Origin: a virus
IMG/VR virus record: IMGVR_UViG_3300017758_000003
Span: 14,044 to 78,043 of that record
Direction: 5' to 3' (one strand)
DNA length: 64,000 nt
A program made the position numbers and the translations under genes. Within the stretch, counting starts at the first letter, position 1; the number at the start of each line of letters is the position of its first letter. Positions 58,943-64,000 of the stretch are shown here, in pieces. A model generated the notes under the pieces. The model did not search any database, was not told the DNA's origin, and was given only the letters and a program-made list of their open reading frames with translations.

Positions 58943-59686
58943 ATGGAGACATTCGGAACAATTAAAAACAAAATATTAATAAAACTCACCGAAAGTTACG
59001 GTGATGATAAATTCAAAGAACACCTTAATAAGGTTTTTAGACCTATTATGGAAAATGAGTCTCTTAAAGAATTATATTCTTTATATGAAGAGATAGAGAC
59101 AATGTCTTTTGGAGATAAAGAAACAGCAATAATTTATGTGGATGAAATATCTAAAGTATTAAATACAAGATATGATAAGATGACAGATACGTTCCACACA
59201 AGATTATTAAAGACGATAAATGAACATTTAAAGGATGTTGAGTGTAAACCAAATGAATTGTATGAACACTTAGATACTCTATTAATTCCTGATACTTTAA
59301 CAAACATATCAAAGAAAGTCTTGGCAAAGAAAAAACTTGTAGAACATCTTACAACTCCAAAGACGATTGAAAATGTTACATTTAAGTCAGTGAATGAAAA
59401 CTTATTAAATTCAGTTTTAGTAAATAACTTTAACGTTTCATATGATGAACAGTTAACAGAAAATGAGAGGGAGAAATTGAAAGATTATATGTCTTTAAGT
59501 GGAAAAGAGATCCAAGAAAAATTTTCTGAACTAAAGGAATCTGTATATGAAAAGTTAGATACACTTAGTGAGGGTGAGAAAGATTTCACAGAGAAATCTA
59601 AGCAAGTCAAAGACGAGGTAGGGGAAATGGGAGTAACCCGTTACAATCTATTTCGATTAGAGGATTTATCAAACAATCTAATTTAA
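58943..59686 (+). CDS. hypothetical head-module protein
   Basis: 247 aa, helical, follows the portal. Confidence 0.8.
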   Translation: METFGTIKNKILIKLTESYGDDKFKEHLNKVFRPIMENESLKELYSLYEEIETMSFGDKETAIIYVDEISKVLNTRYDKMTDTFHTRLLKTINEHLKDVECKPNELYEHLDTLLIPDTLTNISKKVLAKKKLVEHLTTPKTIENVTFKSVNENLLNSVLVNNFNVSYDEQLTENEREKLKDYMSLSGKEIQEKFSELKESVYEKLDTLSEGEKDFTEKSKQVKDEVGEMGVTRYNLFRLEDLSNNLI

Positions 59687-59719
59687 AACAATTAAAGTGT
59701 CCCATCGGACACTTTTTTT

Positions 59720-59917
59720 TTACTTCTCTTCTTCGGTCCTAATTTTTTGAATGTAGATTGCCTTTTGTTTTTGAAGTCTTTTTTTAACAGAGGGTTTTGT
59801 GAATTGTTTACCTTCTCTTAATTTGTTAATTTGTTTTGTTCGTCTAACCTTTTTTCTGAGTCTTTTTATTGCCGACTCAATTCCACCTTTATCTTTATTT
59901 ACTTTTATTATTAACAT
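59720..59917 (-). CDS. rpsU: ribosomal protein bS21
   Basis: MLIIKV..IESAIKRLRKK...FTKPSVKKR...KAIYIQ resembles Flavobacteria-type bS21. Confidence 0.9.
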   Translation of the reverse strand: MLIIKVNKDKGGIESAIKRLRKKVRRTKQINKLREGKQFTKPSVKKRLQKQKAIYIQKIRTEEEK

Positions 59918-60013
59918 ACTAGAATATATAATAAATATACTAGAAAAATTTGATATAATAAATAATTTTACGTATTATTTTATTACACCATAAAAGAGAT
60001 AAGATGGAAAAAA

Positions 60014-60439
60014 ATGAAATTAGGAAGATTTATCCCATTAGGAAACTACAGGGATGTCAAAATAGGTTATGGTACAATTAACCATAGAGATTTAAAAACA
60101 ATATATCTGAAATTAAATTCGTGGTTAGAACCACAAGATTCTGATATTAATTATGATTCGATAGTAAAACTTTCGAGAACCAAAGTAAGAAAACTAATAT
60201 ATAATTTAGGTTTTGATATTTTTAGACCTGAGAGTATTGTTGATTTAGATATAAGAACAAAAGGTATTAGTAAAGAAAAAAGGTCTTTTATGGATTTGGA
60301 GATTACTTTATACGTCCTCAAAGACATCAATATTAAAAGTGAACAACTAAAACAAGACATAAATTCTTTAGTAAGAGAGATAGTTGACACTTGTCTAAAC
60401 GACGAATTATTATTTAATTTCAACAAAAAGAAAAAATAA
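60014..60439 (+). CDS. hypothetical phage protein
   Basis: IVDLDIRTKGI..KRSFMDLEITLY. Confidence 0.8.
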   Translation: MKLGRFIPLGNYRDVKIGYGTINHRDLKTIYLKLNSWLEPQDSDINYDSIVKLSRTKVRKLIYNLGFDIFRPESIVDLDIRTKGISKEKRSFMDLEITLYVLKDINIKSEQLKQDINSLVREIVDTCLNDELLFNFNKKKK

Positions 60440-60481
60440 CTTAGATATTGATGTATTTATAGGTAATAAAACTATAGATAC

Positions 60482-61165
60482 ATGAAGGTACTAGGACCAA
60501 ACGAAATAGGTAAAGGAATTCTCATAGAGTATGATGCAGGTCATATATCTCCTGAGGAGAATAAAAAGGTGATACGAGAAATGAAGGGGATTGATTTCTC
60601 TGAAGATATCGTTCTTTACGCTGTTTTACAGAAATTCGACACACCAAATAAGAATGGTAGAATATATCCTGAAAAACTTCTCAAGAGAGAAGTAGAGAAA
60701 TATCAGGATGTTATTGGTAAAGGTTCTGCACTAAATGAACTAAACCACCCCTCATCATCACTAATAGATTTAGATAGAGTTTCCCACACAATTGAAGAAA
60801 CGTGGTGGGACGGTAAAATATTAATGGGTAAGATAAAACTACTCTTATCCCCTGGTTGGAAGAAATCAGGAATTGTAAGTACTAAAGGTGACCAAGCCGC
60901 AATGTTACTTATGAACGGTGTTACTCTCGGTATATCCTCAAGAGGAGTAGGATCACTAAAATCAGAAAAAGGACAGAATATAGTCCAAGGAGACTTTGAA
61001 TTGGTTTGTTTTGACTTAGTTTCATCTCCATCTACACCAGGGGCATACGTTTTTAAAGATATTGAAGATAGAGATCAATATGAAGAATCTATTGAAGAAC
61101 AACCTGTTGTCGATGAAAAAATGTCAAGGTTAATGGGTAAGTTAGACAATTTCCTGTCAAGATAG
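60482..61165 (+). CDS. prohead core protease (T4 gp21-like)
   Basis: NKNGRIYP, ELNHP, GISSRGVGS, FDLVSSPSTPGAY. Confidence 0.95.
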   Translation: MKVLGPNEIGKGILIEYDAGHISPEENKKVIREMKGIDFSEDIVLYAVLQKFDTPNKNGRIYPEKLLKREVEKYQDVIGKGSALNELNHPSSSLIDLDRVSHTIEETWWDGKILMGKIKLLLSPGWKKSGIVSTKGDQAAMLLMNGVTLGISSRGVGSLKSEKGQNIVQGDFELVCFDLVSSPSTPGAYVFKDIEDRDQYEESIEEQPVVDEKMSRLMGKLDNFLSR

Positions 61166-61247
61166 TTAATTTTTCTTTGATCCGAACATCATTAAACTTA
61201 TTTTTTCTGAATTACGAAGTATTTATTAGTAAACAATTTTATAACAA

Positions 61248-62612
61248 ATGAAAAAATCCATTTTAGAACAAGCATTGCTACAAGTCCAAGACTTGGAAGA
61301 GGCAGTTAAGCAAAACGCAAAAGGTATACTTGCTTCCACGATGAAGGAAGAACTAAACGATGTGCTTAATGAAACCATGGAAGAAGAGGTAGTTGAGGGT
61401 AACAAAACTCCTATAACAGAAGACGAACAAGATATACCAATCTCGGAACAATTTGATGACGAGGAAGGGAATGAAGACGAAGCTTCGATAAATGACGAAC
61501 CATCAGACGAAGAAGATCCTGATTTAGAAGATGAGGGTTCTGCGGAATCAGACGAACTTGATATAGATGATATTGATAGTGAAGATGAGGAAGAAGAATC
61601 AGCAATGGATGATGAAGGTGACGATGATGTCTTAGATATGACCGATGCTTCTGACGACGAAGTTCTTAAGGTATTCAAATCAATGAAACCTGAGGATGGG
61701 ATTGTTGTAAAGAAGGACGGTGATAACGTCGAATTAGAAGACGGAGACGACGAATACATTATTAAACTTGATAGCGAAGAAGGTGACATCGATGAAACAA
61801 ACGAAGGTGACGCTCACGAAATGGGTGAGGGTGACATGGAAGCGGAAGAAGAAGTATCAGAAGAAACTGAAGAAGAAGTAGCTGAAGAAGCTGTGGAAGA
61901 AGAAGTATCAGAAGATATGGAAGCGGAAGAAGAGGTTTCAGAAGGTGATGACACTGTATACGAAATTGAGTTAGATGACGTAGACGAAGGTGAAGTCTCT
62001 GAAGAGGTTACAGAAGGTGACGCTCACGAAGGTGAGGGTGACGATGATGTGGCTGAAGAAGTTTCCGAAGAAGAGGTATCTGAAGAAGAAGTCTCTGAAG
62101 AGGAAGAAACTCATGAAGAGGACGTAGACGAAGCTGCAAGAACAACTTCAAACGTTCACGGTGATAAAGGTGGTCAAAACAGGGCAGGTATTAAAGGTAA
62201 GACTAAATACAAGTCAGGTGCGATCAACGAGGAAGTTAAAACTTTAAAGAAACAAAACACTGAATATAAAAAGGCGTTAATTTTATTTAAAGAGAAACTT
62301 AATGAAGTCGCTGTGTTTAACGCTAATCTAGCGTACGCTACGAGATTGTTCACAGAACATTCTACTACTCGTCACGAGAAATTAAACATTTTGAAGAGAT
62401 TTGACTCAGTCACTTCTTTAACAGAATCGAAGAGTACATACAAAACAATTAAAACAGAATTGGATTCTTCGAAGAACATTACAGAAACTGTAGTCGATAA
62501 GATCGCTTCAACCCCGACAACATCTTCATCTCAAGAAGTACTTTCAGAAACAAAAGCTTACGAAAGTCCTCAGTTCAAGAGAATGAAAGATTTAATGTCA
62601 AAAATAAAATAA
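61248..62612 (+). CDS. prohead scaffold/core protein
   Basis: Very acidic EEVSEE repeats, C-terminal coiled coil and FKRMKDLM; lies between protease and MCP. Confidence 0.8.
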   Translation: MKKSILEQALLQVQDLEEAVKQNAKGILASTMKEELNDVLNETMEEEVVEGNKTPITEDEQDIPISEQFDDEEGNEDEASINDEPSDEEDPDLEDEGSAESDELDIDDIDSEDEEEESAMDDEGDDDVLDMTDASDDEVLKVFKSMKPEDGIVVKKDGDNVELEDGDDEYIIKLDSEEGDIDETNEGDAHEMGEGDMEAEEEVSEETEEEVAEEAVEEEVSEDMEAEEEVSEGDDTVYEIELDDVDEGEVSEEVTEGDAHEGEGDDDVAEEVSEEEVSEEEVSEEEETHEEDVDEAARTTSNVHGDKGGQNRAGIKGKTKYKSGAINEEVKTLKKQNTEYKKALILFKEKLNEVAVFNANLAYATRLFTEHSTTRHEKLNILKRFDSVTSLTESKSTYKTIKTELDSSKNITETVVDKIASTPTTSSSQEVLSETKAYESPQFKRMKDLMSKIK

Positions 62613-62642
62613 TAAATAACTTAAATTAAAACTCAATTAAAA

Positions 62643-64000
62643 ATGGGAGCATTATTAGAAAGTGGTATGGTTGGTAACATCGGGTTAAAACACCTGAGAG
62701 TTATCAAAGAAGATACCATCAAAAAATGGGATGACCTCGGGTTCTTAGAAGGACTTGAAGGACACCAAAAAGACAATATCGCCCAATTATATGAGAACCA
62801 AGCTTCACACTTGATTAACGAAGCTGCAGTATCTGATTCATCTGGATCATTTGAAACTGTAGTATTCCCGATCATTAGAAGAGTATTCTCAAAATTGTTA
62901 GCGAATGACATTGTATCTGTACAAGCAATGAACTTACCAATCGGTAAATTGTTCTACTTTGTACCTAAAATTCAGGATAGAAACGTAGCAGGAACTGTTC
63001 AAAGTCATAACGAACCATACGGTATGCCAGGGAACGCTGATGCGTCTACTAAAGGTTATGGTGCAAACCAAAGAAACCTTTATGATAGATTCTATGAAGA
63101 AGGTGACGGTGCTGAAGAAGGATTATTCGATTACTCTAAAGGAGAATTCGATGTAATCACTCTAACGGCTAATAACTTTGTTACTTTCGCTGAAGGTATT
63201 GCAACTGAAGACGCTACTGCATTAGCAGCAGACGGACCAAGTGTAATTATCACAGCTACTGGATTTGCAAAAGCAGGTCAAGGAAAGATCTCAGGTCCTA
63301 ACGGAAACGAAATGGATTCTGAAGAATTTTTGGCTTCATTAGAAGTAATAAAAGGTGGTAAATCATTACCATTTAACATTGTAACTCAAAAGTACGGTAA
63401 AGGTCTTGTTGAGTACGGTGGAAAAGGAACAGGTATTACGGGTCAATTCCCTGACATCTGTGACGAAGACGGTAAAATCTTCATAAACGTGGACTTACAA
63501 AGTTATTCAGCAGCTACAGGTTTTGCAGACGCTGGACAAGGTGATGTACCAACTGACTTTACTCTTACATACAGACAGTATTCTTCTCTTGAATTTGAAG
63601 ATGCTATCGGTGAGGTATCTTTTGATTTAGAATCAGTAACAGTTTCTGTAACTGAAAGAAAATTAAGAGCTAGCTGGTCTCCTGAACTTGCACAAGACGT
63701 GTCTGCTTTCCACAACATCGACGCTGAAGCTGAGTTAACTGCATTGTTATCTGAGCAAATCGCGGCTGAGGTTGATAGAGAGATCTTAAGAGACTTAAGA
63801 AAAGGAGCGGCTTGGAACTTAAAGTGGGACTACAATGAGTGGAAATACGGTGGAGACGCTGGAAAAACACTACAGGGTTATACTCAAAAGGATTGGAACC
63901 AAACGTTAATTACTAAAATTAACCAATTATCGGCTCAAATCCATAAAACTACACTTAGAGGTGGTGCTAACTGGATCGTTGTTTCTTCTGAAGTTTCAGC
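62643..64000 (+). CDS. major capsid protein (T4 gp23-like), 3' truncated, absent from ORF track
   Basis: MGALLESG...FPIIRRVFSKLLANDIVSVQAM...RKLRASWSPELAQDVSAFHNIDAEAELTALLSEQIAAEVDREIL. Confidence 0.96.
   Translation, partial: MGALLESGMVGNIGLKHLRVIKEDTIKKWDDLGFLEGLEGHQKDNIAQLYENQASHLINEAAVSDSSGSFETVVFPIIRRVFSKLLANDIVSVQAMNLPIGKLFYFVPKIQDRNVAGTVQSHNEPYGMPGNADASTKGYGANQRNLYDRFYEEGDGAEEGLFDYSKGEFDVITLTANNFVTFAEGIATEDATALAADGPSVIITATGFAKAGQGKISGPNGNEMDSEEFLASLEVIKGGKSLPFNIVTQKYGKGLVEYGGKGTGITGQFPDICDEDGKIFINVDLQSYSAATGFADAGQGDVPTDFTLTYRQYSSLEFEDAIGEVSFDLESVTVSVTERKLRASWSPELAQDVSAFHNIDAEAELTALLSEQIAAEVDREILRDLRKGAAWNLKWDYNEWKYGGDAGKTLQGYTQKDWNQTLITKINQLSAQIHKTTLRGGANWIVVSSEVS

Noticed and set aside
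48359-63870. Antisense ORFs over ClpC, scaffold, MCP and other genes
   Set aside because: Ser/Phe-rich shadows of acidic proteins on the opposite strand.
55283-64000. Introns or inteins in terminase, portal or MCP
   Set aside because: Reading frames are continuous, of expected size, with no intein motifs seen.

Overview
This is a 64 kb slice of an AT-rich, T4-like jumbo phage genome (standard genetic code), almost certainly infecting Bacteroidota (Flavobacteria-like). Host evidence: TTTG-N19/20-TAnnTTTG promoters, signal peptides followed by Gln, and a Flavobacteria-type bS21. Layout: (i) 1-2.95 kb, minus-strand early cassettes separated by spacers with ~15 TGCCRAWTA boxes, ending at a G/C-run element where gene polarity switches; (ii) 3-47 kb, accessory genes (glycan synthesis and modification, peptidoglycan hydrolases, envelope proteins, ferredoxin, GMP reductase, nuclease, DnaA domain IV), tmRNA and tRNAs; (iii) holin-like gene, endolysin, ClpC, Hsp20, KTSC, nucleotidyltransferase; (iv) head module: TerL, portal, antisense bS21, prohead protease, scaffold, and the major capsid protein running off the end. 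Best candidates for undescribed biology: (1) two unannotated ~100-nt late RNAs 4.2 kb apart (43768-43875 +, 47965-48068 -) that are complementary in trans, one displaying an 11-nt match to the Bacteroidota 16S 3' tail; (2) a shared N-terminal leader (MKxIxLTExQ..L..E) on at least 9 unrelated proteins that looks like a protease-cleaved capsid-loading tag; (3) three promoter classes, with a TATTTAT motif 4-5 nt from start codons implying leaderless mRNAs; (4) a tmRNA with a non-canonical 22-aa tag near an N-domain-less ClpC; (5) a D-armless tRNA-like RNA with a UAU anticodon. All family calls are from motif recognition by eye; no database search was run.
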